43,114 nucleotides of DNA, from IMG/VR virus record IMGVR_UViG_3300043690_000007, positions 1 to 43,114 of that record; one strand, written 5' to 3'. This DNA comes from a virus (Duplodnaviria > Caudoviricetes). Shown here one piece after another: positions 7,544-16,600 of this stretch. A program made the translations under genes and the position numbers. Position 1 is the first letter of the stretch, and each line of letters begins with the position of its first letter. The notes beneath the pieces were generated by a model. That model searched no databases, was not told the DNA's origin, and worked only from the letters and a program-made list of their open reading frames with translations.

Positions 7544-8338
7544 ATGCTCACAGCCGCCCAGCTGGAGGAGCGCCGCAACGGCGTCGGCTCCAGTGACGCC
7601 CGCAAAATCATGGCCGGGGATTGGTACGATCTTTGGGCCGAGAAGACGGGGCGGGTCATCCCGCCGCCGATCCTAAGCCCGTGGGATGCGCTGCTACGCC
7701 ACCACATCGAGCCCGCGATCCTCGACTACTGGGAGCAGGTTCACGAGTGCGACCTGATCTACCGGGGCGATGCGATCACCCACCCCACCCTGTCGATCAT
7801 CCGCGCGACCCTCGACGGCTATGACGATCAGGAGGGCCGGGTGGTCGATGCCAAGCTGCTCAACCAGTTCACCCCCGACAAGGAGAACTGGATTATCGAC
7901 CGCTACGGCTGGCAGATGGTCCATCAGATGGCGGTCATGGGCTGCGACAAGGGCTCGCTCTACATCAGCATCCACATGGCCAAGCCGTACCGCGTGGACT
8001 GGGAGCGCGATCACTTCCAAGAGGCGATGTATATCGACCGCTGCAAGGAGTTCTGGTCCTACGTCGAGCAGGATAAGGAGCCCCCAGGCGCTCCGCCGGT
8101 CGAGGTTCCTGTGCCGGTCGAGCTGATGCGCACTATCGACATGAGCGACAGCAACCAGTGGGGCGCGTTCTCTGCCGACTGGCTGGAACATGCCGCCGCC
8201 GCCAAGGCCTTCGACCTCGCCGCCAAGGGGCTGAAGGGGCTAGTGCCCAAGGACGCCGGGCGCGTCTTCGGCAAGACGCTAGAGATCACCCGCGACGGGC
8301 GGGGCCTGACCATCAAGAAGCTGGAGCCTAAGCCATGA
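7544..8338 (+). CDS. YqaJ/lambda-exonuclease family recombinase
   Basis: RRNGVGSSDA, LWAEKTG, ATLDG..VVDAK, WQMVHQM motifs. Confidence 0.9.
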   Translation: MLTAAQLEERRNGVGSSDARKIMAGDWYDLWAEKTGRVIPPPILSPWDALLRHHIEPAILDYWEQVHECDLIYRGDAITHPTLSIIRATLDGYDDQEGRVVDAKLLNQFTPDKENWIIDRYGWQMVHQMAVMGCDKGSLYISIHMAKPYRVDWERDHFQEAMYIDRCKEFWSYVEQDKEPPGAPPVEVPVPVELMRTIDMSDSNQWGAFSADWLEHAAAAKAFDLAAKGLKGLVPKDAGRVFGKTLEITRDGRGLTIKKLEPKP

Positions 8339-8973
8339 CCACCGAAGCGATAGAGCCTGCGCCCTGGTGCAAAGATGCGCCGTTCCTCGTCACGCTATTC
8401 GGTGATGGCGCGGGCGCGGTCCTTGTGCGTGGCTGGGACGCGCTTTGCGAGGAACTGATCGCGGCCCATTACCACGATCCGGATCAGGACCAGCGCGAGG
8501 AAGTTCTGGCTTACCTGACGGATTGGGAAAGCTGGGAAAACGATAGCGCCACAGGACTGCCCTACCACCTGAGCCTCACATACGAGGACGGGTCGATCAG
8601 CGTCACACGCGTAACCGAGGACAAAGCCAGCCAGCGCAGCACTGGAGCAGAAGGAGACGAGGGCATGAGCGGATTTATGCTTGAGAGCTTCATTGCTGAG
8701 CAAGACGGGCGACCATTACCCATGCTCGTTGATCTTGGCTACTTCTATGCGAACGGCGCTGTCGATGATGTGGTTCGGGGGCGATACGAGGACGTATTGG
8801 CTGCGGGTGTCTCTCGTCGCAACTGTCAGATCGTTGGGCATGGTCGCCTATTCGTAAAGGTTCCACCGCGGAAGATCGCTTCTTTTGCAGAAGCTTTCCC
8901 GATTCATATCGGTTCGACCTACTGGCGCGCCACTCATCATTGGCGAGGACTCGACAAGGATGATCCAGCATGA
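8335..8973 (+). CDS. Hypothetical protein (atypical codon usage)
   Basis: ATGA coupling on both sides; visibly more A/T at third positions. Confidence 0.65.
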   Translation: MTTEAIEPAPWCKDAPFLVTLFGDGAGAVLVRGWDALCEELIAAHYHDPDQDQREEVLAYLTDWESWENDSATGLPYHLSLTYEDGSISVTRVTEDKASQRSTGAEGDEGMSGFMLESFIAEQDGRPLPMLVDLGYFYANGAVDDVVRGRYEDVLAAGVSRRNCQIVGHGRLFVKVPPRKIASFAEAFPIHIGSTYWRATHHWRGLDKDDPA

Positions 8974-9239
8974 CCAACCGCGACCGCATTGGGGCACCGC
9001 TTCAAATGAGTGCATGGAAACCCATAACCGGCCCGATGAAGGGCAAGTACCTGATCACGAACAACATCACCGCTCGGGATGCGAGCGGACAGATGAGTCA
9101 CGTATGGGTTGGCTACATCATCGAGAATTATTCGGGACCGGATTGGCACGGCAAATTCGTGAGCTTCGACGATGCCGACCGGAAGATCCACGAAATCACG
9201 CACTACGCCGAAATCCCGATGCCCGAGGCCCAGCCATGA
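8970..9239 (+). CDS. Hypothetical protein
   Basis: ATGA coupling; WKPI...ITHYAEIPMP resembles DUF551-like phage proteins. Confidence 0.7.
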   Translation: MTNRDRIGAPLQMSAWKPITGPMKGKYLITNNITARDASGQMSHVWVGYIIENYSGPDWHGKFVSFDDADRKIHEITHYAEIPMPEAQP

Positions 9240-9694
9240 CCGACCGCGACCGCCTATCCGCAATTCGAGAGAGGCACGAGAAGGCAACGCCGGGTGAGTG
9301 GCGCGCGGGAAGTTATCTCGCCGTGCGCGGTCAAACCGGCACCGTGGAGGTTTGGTGTGATGGCAAGTGGAAGGTCCACATCGCAACCGTTTTTCCCGTC
9401 CAGACCGGCTGGGACAGCGACGAAGAAATTCCGCTTCCCGTTATAGCCGAAGATGAAGCCTTCATCGCCCATGCCCACCAGGACATCCCCTACCTACTCT
9501 CCCAACTCTCCGCAGCAGAGAAGGCGCTTGCAGAGGCGAGGGCAGAAGGGATTGAGGCCGCTGCGAAGTGGCACGAGAACGAGGCGAACGAACAGGATAG
9601 CTGGGGAGGTCCGCCAGTTGGCTTGATGCGGCCCGACCAGCACCGCAGAGCAGCCAAGGCCATCCGCGCCCTGAAGGGAGAAGCACAACAATGA
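9236..9694 (+). CDS. Ead/Ea22-like phage protein
   Basis: ATG at 9236; IRERHEKATPGEW...DEAFIAHAHQDIPYLL pattern. Confidence 0.75.
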   Translation: MTDRDRLSAIRERHEKATPGEWRAGSYLAVRGQTGTVEVWCDGKWKVHIATVFPVQTGWDSDEEIPLPVIAEDEAFIAHAHQDIPYLLSQLSAAEKALAEARAEGIEAAAKWHENEANEQDSWGGPPVGLMRPDQHRRAAKAIRALKGEAQQ

Positions 9695-9858
9695 CCGACC
9701 GCCCCTGCGGCCTGTGCAAAGGCATGAAGGTCGTGACCCGGCCAACCAAAATCCCCCAGTCCCACAACCGCATCCGCAAGGGCCTGTGGTGGATCACCGA
9801 GACGTGTGAAGCCTGCAATGGCAGCGGCATTAAAACCCCAAAAGGACCAATCGAATGA
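9691..9858 (+). CDS. Small DnaJ-type zinc-finger protein (55 aa)
   Basis: Own translation MTDRPCGLCKG...TCEACNGSG; ATGA overlap on both sides. Confidence 0.7.
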   Translation: MTDRPCGLCKGMKVVTRPTKIPQSHNRIRKGLWWITETCEACNGSGIKTPKGPIE

Positions 9859-10550
9859 GTGAGTTGAGCGTTACCGTTGAGACATCACCAGAAGTGGGCG
9901 ATCTGTTTGCCGCGCTGGCCCAGGCCCAGGCCGAGATTGAGGGCGCGTCCAAAGACGCCAAAAACGATCATTTTCGCCAGAAGTACGCCACGCTGGCGTC
10001 CATTTACGACGCATCGCGCGCGGCGCTGACCAAGCACGGCATTGCCGTGATCCAGTCGCCGTTCAACGATGGTCAGGACGTGGGCGTGGCAACCACCCTT
10101 GGGGTCGCCAGCGGCCAGTGGCTGCGCGGGCGTATCCAGTGCTGCCCGACCAAGGCGGACGCGCAGGGCGTGGGCTCCGTCATCACCTACATGCGCCGCT
10201 ATGCCCTCGCGGCGATGGTTGGCGTGGCCCAGGAGGATGACGATGCAGAAGGGGCCATGGGGCGCTCCAGCAAGCCGTCAGCGCCGCGCGCAGAACCCAA
10301 GGGGCAGTCGCGGGCAGACCGGAGAGACGCGCAGGACAATGAGGAGCATAAACTGGCCCAGGCGCACTACAGCCGCCTGCGGGAGGCTGTGCTTGCCACG
10401 CTCGATCATGCCGAACTGGACGAGTTGGAAAGGCGCGAGGCGAGCGCGCTGGCGCTGATCAAAAAGGTGAGCCCCACGGGGTACGAGACGATCACCGGCA
10501 TGATCACCGCCAAACACGACTATATCTCGCGCGGACCTGGGGAGCGGTAA
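9855..10550 (+). CDS. erf: ERF-family single-strand annealing protein
   Basis: KDAKNDHF..KYATL; GSVITYMRRYALAAMVGVAQEDDDA signature. Confidence 0.92.
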   Translation: MSELSVTVETSPEVGDLFAALAQAQAEIEGASKDAKNDHFRQKYATLASIYDASRAALTKHGIAVIQSPFNDGQDVGVATTLGVASGQWLRGRIQCCPTKADAQGVGSVITYMRRYALAAMVGVAQEDDDAEGAMGRSSKPSAPRAEPKGQSRADRRDAQDNEEHKLAQAHYSRLREAVLATLDHAELDELERREASALALIKKVSPTGYETITGMITAKHDYISRGPGER

Positions 10551-10567
10551 CCAACGAGGAGGAGGTT

Positions 10568-10825
10568 ATGAAATCTGAGGAAGCGGACAAGAAAGCCAAG
10601 CAGCTGGTGCAGCAGGCTTTCTATGAATCGTCCTACGAAAGCATCGTGAAGGTGGGCATGTCGCTCAACCTGTCACCGCAGGAAGTGGGCGACATCCTGT
10701 GCTGGATGGTCGCCCAATTCATGGTGGACTTCATCAAGCCGGGCCATGAGGAGGCGATCCTGCAGGGCATTGCCGACGAGATCAAACGCCGTCAGGTGCT
10801 GATCGAATGTGAGGGGAGCGCGTGA
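10568..10825 (+). CDS. Hypothetical protein
   Basis: GAGGAGGAGG RBS, 85 aa. Confidence 0.75.
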   Translation: MKSEEADKKAKQLVQQAFYESSYESIVKVGMSLNLSPQEVGDILCWMVAQFMVDFIKPGHEEAILQGIADEIKRRQVLIECEGSA

Positions 10826-11082
10826 TGGCCGACGACGCAAGCACCCCGGCGCTGCAGAAGTTCAAAATCGTCACTCGTGGCGGGCAGCACTACGACATCA
10901 TCTTTCCCGGCGACATGCGGATGTTGCTCATGCACATCAAGGCCCAGGGGGAGTTTATGAACCCCCAGCTGTGGGTTCCGCTGGTCGAGATCAGCCACGT
11001 CATCAACGTGTCGTCTTTCGGGGAGGAGGCTGGGGCCAATGTCGTGCCCATGTTCCAGGGGCCGACTGATGCCCCGCAATGA
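10825..11082 (+). CDS. Hypothetical protein
   Basis: TGATG coupling, GGAG RBS. Confidence 0.7.
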   Translation: MADDASTPALQKFKIVTRGGQHYDIIFPGDMRMLLMHIKAQGEFMNPQLWVPLVEISHVINVSSFGEEAGANVVPMFQGPTDAPQ

Positions 11083-11161
11083 CCTGATCCTCTGGGTCTT
11101 TTTATTCATCGCGCTGATTGTGGCGCTTCATCTAACAGGTTGGCTAGGGTTCGTACCATGA
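11069..11161 (+). CDS. Small membrane peptide (30 aa)
   Basis: Own translation MPRNDLILWVFLFIALIVALHLTGWLGFVP; ATGA-coupled to ssb. Confidence 0.55.
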   Translation: MPRNDLILWVFLFIALIVALHLTGWLGFVP

Positions 11162-11619
11162 GTGAGCAGAAAGAACGCAAGTACCACAACGAGATCAGGC
11201 TCCGGGGCACGCTGGGGCGCGACCCGGAGTTCCGCCGCACCCAGTTCGGCGGGTTCGTCACCATGAGCGTGGCCACCACCGAGAGCTGGAAGGCCGCTGA
11301 CGGCCAGTGGAAGGACGAGACGCAGTGGCACCGGGTCCAGTCGTGGGACCAAGACCATGTCCAGATGGCTGAGGATTGGCGCAAGGGCGACCGCGTCGAG
11401 CTGACCGGCAAGATGGTCTACCGCGAGTGGGAGAAGGATGGGGTCAAGCGCAATCAGGCCGAGATACACGTCAAGAAATGGCACGAGTTCTTCAAGGTCG
11501 AGGATGCCCGGCCCCGGCGACAGGAGCAGACCTATGCGGGCAACACCCGCAGCCGCCCGGCCCCGGCCAGCCGCGACTTCAACGACGGCTTGGACGACGG
11601 CTCAGAAATTCCCTTTTGA
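11158..11619 (+). CDS. ssb: Single-stranded DNA-binding protein
   Basis: LRGTLGRDPE, VATTESWK..TQWHRV, acidic C-terminal EIPF tail. Confidence 0.95.
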   Translation: MSEQKERKYHNEIRLRGTLGRDPEFRRTQFGGFVTMSVATTESWKAADGQWKDETQWHRVQSWDQDHVQMAEDWRKGDRVELTGKMVYREWEKDGVKRNQAEIHVKKWHEFFKVEDARPRRQEQTYAGNTRSRPAPASRDFNDGLDDGSEIPF

Positions 11620-11631
11620 GGAGGCAGGCAC

Positions 11632-11814
11632 ATGAGAATGGTCCGGCGTATCATGACGCTCGATATCACCGTCCCGGCGGACATGGAATTTGTCAGGACG
11701 GATATCGCCAAGCTGATCCAGGCACACATCCACGCCTCATCGCCCAACACCCATTGGGGCAAGGCGCGCTACCCCGTCGTGAAGACGGTGGCCGTCATGG
11801 ATAAGGCCCGATAG
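11632..11814 (+). CDS. Hypothetical protein
   Basis: GAGGAGG RBS, 60 aa. Confidence 0.65.
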   Translation: MRMVRRIMTLDITVPADMEFVRTDIAKLIQAHIHASSPNTHWGKARYPVVKTVAVMDKAR

Positions 11815-11906
11815 GGTAACACCCGATTGAGCCCTATCGTCCTGATCTGGCATGGTTCTCGCCAACGAGAGGGGATGCGCTACTCCAACCCGAAGGAGGA
11901 GCAACA

Positions 11907-12113
11907 ATGCCTTATGATGGAGAGCAGCCCACGGCTGCGACACTTGTGCCGCCCAGGTTCGATATGGCGGAGGTGGCGGAGGCCCACCGGGCCGTGCAGG
12001 CCAGCACCCCGACCCCTGCACAGTACGCGCTGATGCAGCGGTACTATCAGGCGCACCCGATCAGCGGGGGTGGTGGCGGCAGCGGCGTCGTCACGTTCAT
12101 CGTCACGCCATAG
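11907..12113 (+). CDS. Hypothetical protein
   Basis: AAGGAGG RBS, ends just before a hairpin. Confidence 0.55.
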   Translation: MPYDGEQPTAATLVPPRFDMAEVAEAHRAVQASTPTPAQYALMQRYYQAHPISGGGGGSGVVTFIVTP

Positions 12114-12121
12114 CAAGCAAG

Positions 12122-12143
12122 GGGGCCGGGTTCGCCCGGCCCC
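12122..12143. terminator. GC-rich hairpin between convergent units
   Basis: GGGGCCGGG-TTCG-CCCGGCCCC perfect stem; only a short TTGCTT tail on the minus strand. Confidence 0.7.
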
Positions 12144-12440
12144 TACGCTGCCTTCTCCTCTTTCAGCCGCGCGATCAGTTCCCGCCGTTTGTTGGTCTTA
12201 GCGCCCTGCAGGGTGGTTTCATCCACGCGGGCCTGGGTCGATAGGACTGCCGCAAGCGTGTCGCGCTTCAGGCTGGCGATCTTCAGAAAGTCCCGGTCGT
12301 CGCGGCTCACCTGAATGTCCAAAATCCAGTTCGCCTCGCGCAGCGCCTTGTCGGTCAGCTGGGCCAGAAACTCGGATTTCTCTAGTACACCAACTGCCTC
12401 GCGAACCCTTTGCTCTGAATGAGCGGGAGTTGCTTTTTCA
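12143..12440 (-). CDS. Hypothetical helical protein; start uncertain
   Basis: Last ~90 codons of ORF 12143..12820 look protein-like and fill the gap to the terminator; no ATG/GTG/TTG seen near the upstream stop. Confidence 0.55.
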
Positions 12441-13698
12441 GCCGGGCTCCGATGTCCGTCCGGTACATCGGGCTGTTCGGCACCTCCACCTGCTTCAGCA
12501 CCCGGTACGCCCGCCGCGCCGACTGGCTCACCGTCTCCCCCGTGCCCGACGCCACCAGCAGGTAATCCCCTGCCGAGACTAAGCAGGGCGCTGACTGGAT
12601 CGAACCGCCGATCATCTGCGGGGCCTCGCCCAGCTGCAGCTCGCACGGGTGGACGTTCTCCATCAGCTTCGCCGTCAGCCCGTAGACCGGGATGCCGAAC
12701 ACTTCCTTGCGGGTGATGTGGCTGTAGGGGTAGTCGGGGATCGACATGACCACCCCCGTTGCCACCGTGTTCATTTTGAAGGGGCGGGTATCCTCCCCTT
12801 TTGCGAGAGCGGCCAGCCATTCCGCGTGATCTCCCTCAAGTAGGCTCTGCATAATGTTATATGTCGGCCAGCCGGGCCGCATCGTAAACTCCAGCGGCCA
12901 CGGCCTGCCCGCCGCGTCAAGGATACAGTTCACGTCGATATAGCCGACATAGCCGTTCCGGCGCAGCGTGCGCTCCAGCGGCTTCAGCACCATGTCGGCC
13001 AGCTTGGATTGCTCGACGAAGCGGATCACCGTGCCCTGCTCGCCCGTGGCCACGCCCAGGTCGCCATTCATCAACTTCTTGAACTCGAAGTTCTCGCAAA
13101 ATCCGCGGTTAAAACCGTGCGGGCCGCACCATGCCCCCACGGCCATCTCACACACGCCGTCAACTTTTTCCTGCAGAATAAATGCACCCTTATGGCGCTT
13201 GGCGGCCTTCCAGCGTTCGAGCATGTAGACCAAGTCCTGCGGGGTCTTGGCGACATAGGACAGGCTCTTATCGGGCTCGTCACCGCACGGCTTGGAGACA
13301 TAGGCCTCATCGTGCTTTTTGACGCACGAGATCGCGCTGTCGTAGTCGGTGAAGGTCTTAAACGGCGGCACCGCGATGCCGTGATCCTTGAAGACTTGCA
13401 TCCCCAAAGTCCGGTCCAACTCCCACTCTGCCATTGCCGGGGTCGGCCCAACGACTGGAATACCTTCCCTGCGTGCCGGGTCTAGCAACGAGAGAAACTT
13501 GGTGTTGTCCGGCAGGAAGATGAAGTCGGCCCAGCGGGCCCAAGGACGCCAGTCCGCGACCCTTTCGACCAGCCCTCGGCCCACCTGAATGGATTTCGGG
13601 TTGTCGGGCACGTACCACTTCACGTCGTGCCCGTCGTCCCGGCAGCGCATGAGCCAATCGAGCGCGAACGCCCCTTGGTCGATACAGAGTATCCTCAC
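12382..13698 (-). CDS. PurD/GAR-synthetase-like ATP-grasp ligase (divergent)
   Basis: GTG start overlapping upstream TGA; WELDR..G, VSKP, LQEKVDG, KKLMNGDLGVATGEQG, GYIDVN, LEFTMRPGWP. Confidence 0.85.
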   Translation of the reverse strand: MRILCIDQGAFALDWLMRCRDDGHDVKWYVPDNPKSIQVGRGLVERVADWRPWARWADFIFLPDNTKFLSLLDPARREGIPVVGPTPAMAEWELDRTLGMQVFKDHGIAVPPFKTFTDYDSAISCVKKHDEAYVSKPCGDEPDKSLSYVAKTPQDLVYMLERWKAAKRHKGAFILQEKVDGVCEMAVGAWCGPHGFNRGFCENFEFKKLMNGDLGVATGEQGTVIRFVEQSKLADMVLKPLERTLRRNGYVGYIDVNCILDAAGRPWPLEFTMRPGWPTYNIMQSLLEGDHAEWLAALAKGEDTRPFKMNTVATGVVMSIPDYPYSHITRKEVFGIPVYGLTAKLMENVHPCELQLGEAPQMIGGSIQSAPCLVSAGDYLLVASGTGETVSQSARRAYRVLKQVEVPNSPMYRTDIGARLKKQLPLIQSKGFARQLVY

Positions 13699-16600
13699 GG
13701 CGATGCCCTCCGCTCCCGGCCCTGCGGCTTGACGAGATCGCGCCAGTTGCCGCGCGGCTCGTCGCCGTCGTCCTCCAGCAGATCGCGCCACTTCTGGGTT
13801 TTGGGGTCGGTCACGCGGGGGTCGGTGGTCGGGACGGTCTTCCGCCCCTCCTCCGTGCCCGCGTTCTCGGGACGCGCGGCATAGGCCCCGACGCCTGCGG
13901 AAGCTGCGGCGATGTAGTTGCGGATTTGGAACAGGGTCTTGGCGTAAGCGCCCTTGCGGCTGAGGTCGGCTGCAATAACGCGCGTGAACGCGGGGCGGGT
14001 CACGATCCATGTCTCGACGGTGTCGATGAACTGCGGGATCGCGCGCCGCCAGATGCTCTGCTTATTCAGCACGTTACCTGCCGACATGCCCGGCGTCGTG
14101 TTCTCGGGGCCTCCGGTGATGACATAGAGCGCGTCGGCAATCTTGCGAAGGTCGTCGGCCATGCCGTTGGGGAACAGCAAATCCTGCTGCTCCTTGGTCA
14201 TCGTAAAAAGATGCTCCTTGATCGAATTGGCACCCTTGCCCTGGATGACCGGGGCCAAGATACGCTGCAGCGCCGCCCGGCGCAGCATCTGCAACCCCTT
14301 GGAGTTCTCGCCAAATTTGGCAATCGCCGCCTTCAGCATCCGGGTGTTGGTGATGATCTTCTCCGCCGCCTTGATGCCGCTCATGTTCGGGTTTCGCAGG
14401 ATCGCCATCGCGTTTTTCTTGCCCGACATGCGATCAGCAAACTCTTTCGACAGCACCGCCTTCTCGCCCTTAGCGGCCTGCTCCAAGGTCGCCAGCGCGT
14501 TCTTGCCCTCCATCGTTTCGATGGAGCGGTTCACCTCAAAGAGGAGTTGCAGGTCGTGGGCAAAGTCGCCCGGCGTCAGGCTCTCGACCGGGATGATGTC
14601 ATTCTTGGCGGCGAGCTTTTGGGCGTAATCTTTGATCAGCGCCGCGTTCTCGTCGCCGTGGATCGCCCGCAGCAAGCCCGACTTGTCGCGGTCGTTCACC
14701 TCGCGCACGAAAATCTGCGGGTTTACCCGGTCGTCGATGCCGGTCGATACCGCGAGTATCCGGTCAATGTCTGCCGATGCCAGCCGCTTGCTGAGTTCCG
14801 GCCCACCGATATCCTGAATCCGCTTCAGCGTGGACATTTGCCCGCTGTCAGCGGCGAGGTCCAGAATATGGCTGGGGTTGGGCGGCAGACCGGCGCGAAC
14901 GCTGTCCACCATCGCCTGCAGAGCCTCGGAACTGAACTGCTTCATATTGTGGGCGTAATACTCATCGCCCTTATCAATGATGGCCATGGCCCGCCGCACA
15001 GCCTCCGGGTTTTCCGGGTTGTGCATGATGTTATCGACCACAGCGGCCATCATGTTGTACGGCCCCTTCTTGAAGGAAGGGGTCAGGCTCTCCGAATAGC
15101 CCATATCGCGCAGGTATGACCGCAGCGTATGCAGCTCGCGCAGGGTCATGGTCGGCGGGCCGCTGACCGCGCCGCCCTCCTCCTGCACGCCCTCCTCCTC
15201 GCGACCCAACATGCGGTTGAGATCGCGGATGACCGCAGGGAAATTCTTTCTCAGGTCTTCCGGCAGGTCGCGCAGGAAATTCTCGATGGTGTCCTTGGCC
15301 GCGCTCATATCAATCGGGGCATCGCCCGCGATAGGGTAGGCGGGCTCATAGAGCCTGTTCGCCGCCTCCGTCACATGCTTACGCAGGTTCGTGACGGCCT
15401 CAGAGAGATCGCCAGCCAACTGCTTCGGCCTGGGGTACTTCATCATCTTGATTCGGCGGAAGCCCGCCAGCAGCGCCTTGTGGACCTTCTGGCTGTACTT
15501 GGCCTGCATTTCCTTTGCAGCCTTCAGGGACTCCTCTTTCAGCTCCGCGTCCGTCTCGCCCTTCGTCTTGGCCCGGTATTCAATGGCCTGGAGCTTCGCG
15601 TCGAGCTTCGCCTTCTCCTTGTCGTAGTCGGCCCGCGCCTCCTGTTGCAGCTCGTCGCCCGCGTTTTCGTACGACGGCTCAGAGGTCTTCATCCCCTTCA
15701 CCGTGGCCCTGGCCTCCTCCTTTGACATCCCGTCCTTCTCAAAGAGGGCAGCGGACTCATTCTCGACATACCGCTTGGCGGACGCCTGCAGCGGGTCGTA
15801 GTGGGTCACGAGACTGGTCATCTTGACCTGTCGCGGCAGGAACTTGGAGGCGGTGTACGAGCCGGGGTTTACTTCGTAGCCCTTCTGCGCGAGTTCGCGC
15901 GCAATATTCAGCGCGTTGGGCACGAGCAGGGTGTCCGGGTTGGCCCTGTAAATGTATTGCAGGCCCCTCGCCGCTGGCAGCGCGATTTCGGGGCCGAGCG
16001 CACCAGCGCCGCCCGAGAGCGCGGCGATGCTGCCGACCTTCGCGAGCCCCTTCATTTCCTCGTCGGGGGTGCGGTCGTAATAGCCCGACAAGCGCACGAT
16101 TTCGTCGGTGATCCGCTGGCCAGCCGCAGCGCCCGTACCCGCGCCGATCTCCGCGCCCGCGACCGCGCCGGGCAGGCTCCCAGTAGCCGAGCCCAGCGTC
16201 ACGCCGCCAGCGAGCCCAGCCATCGAGCCCAGCGTGCGGGGAGCGCCCGCAATCAGGTCAGAAACCCGGCCTTTGTCGGTATTCAGGCCACCGGGGTACA
16301 TTTTGCGCCCCGAAGGCAGGCGCACATAGAGCCCGTTCGCGTCAGCGCCGATGTGTTCCCGACCGTAGAGGTGTGACAGCAGCTTGACGCGCTCGGGGTC
16401 GTTCGTCAGCGCGTCGTAGAGGACTTGCGCTGAGCCCGGCAGGGTCTGCGAAGCGGTGGCAAGGTCCGATCCGCCGCTCTGGACACTGCGGTCAGGATAG
16501 CGGGTGTACTTGGTCCCAGACTGGGCCATCTGATGCACGGTCGGTTCCGGCACCTTGTCAGCCTCGGCAAGGTTCTTGTCGTGGAACGCCTTGCGCTTGT

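Noticed and set aside
12382-13698. Auxiliary metabolic purD gene
   Set aside because: Substrate-binding motifs diverge and no other purine genes are present, so no gene symbol assigned
13699-14010. N-terminal extension of the 542-aa ORF
   Set aside because: Lies inside the ejection gene in another frame; the GTGA-coupled start at 13698 is more plausible
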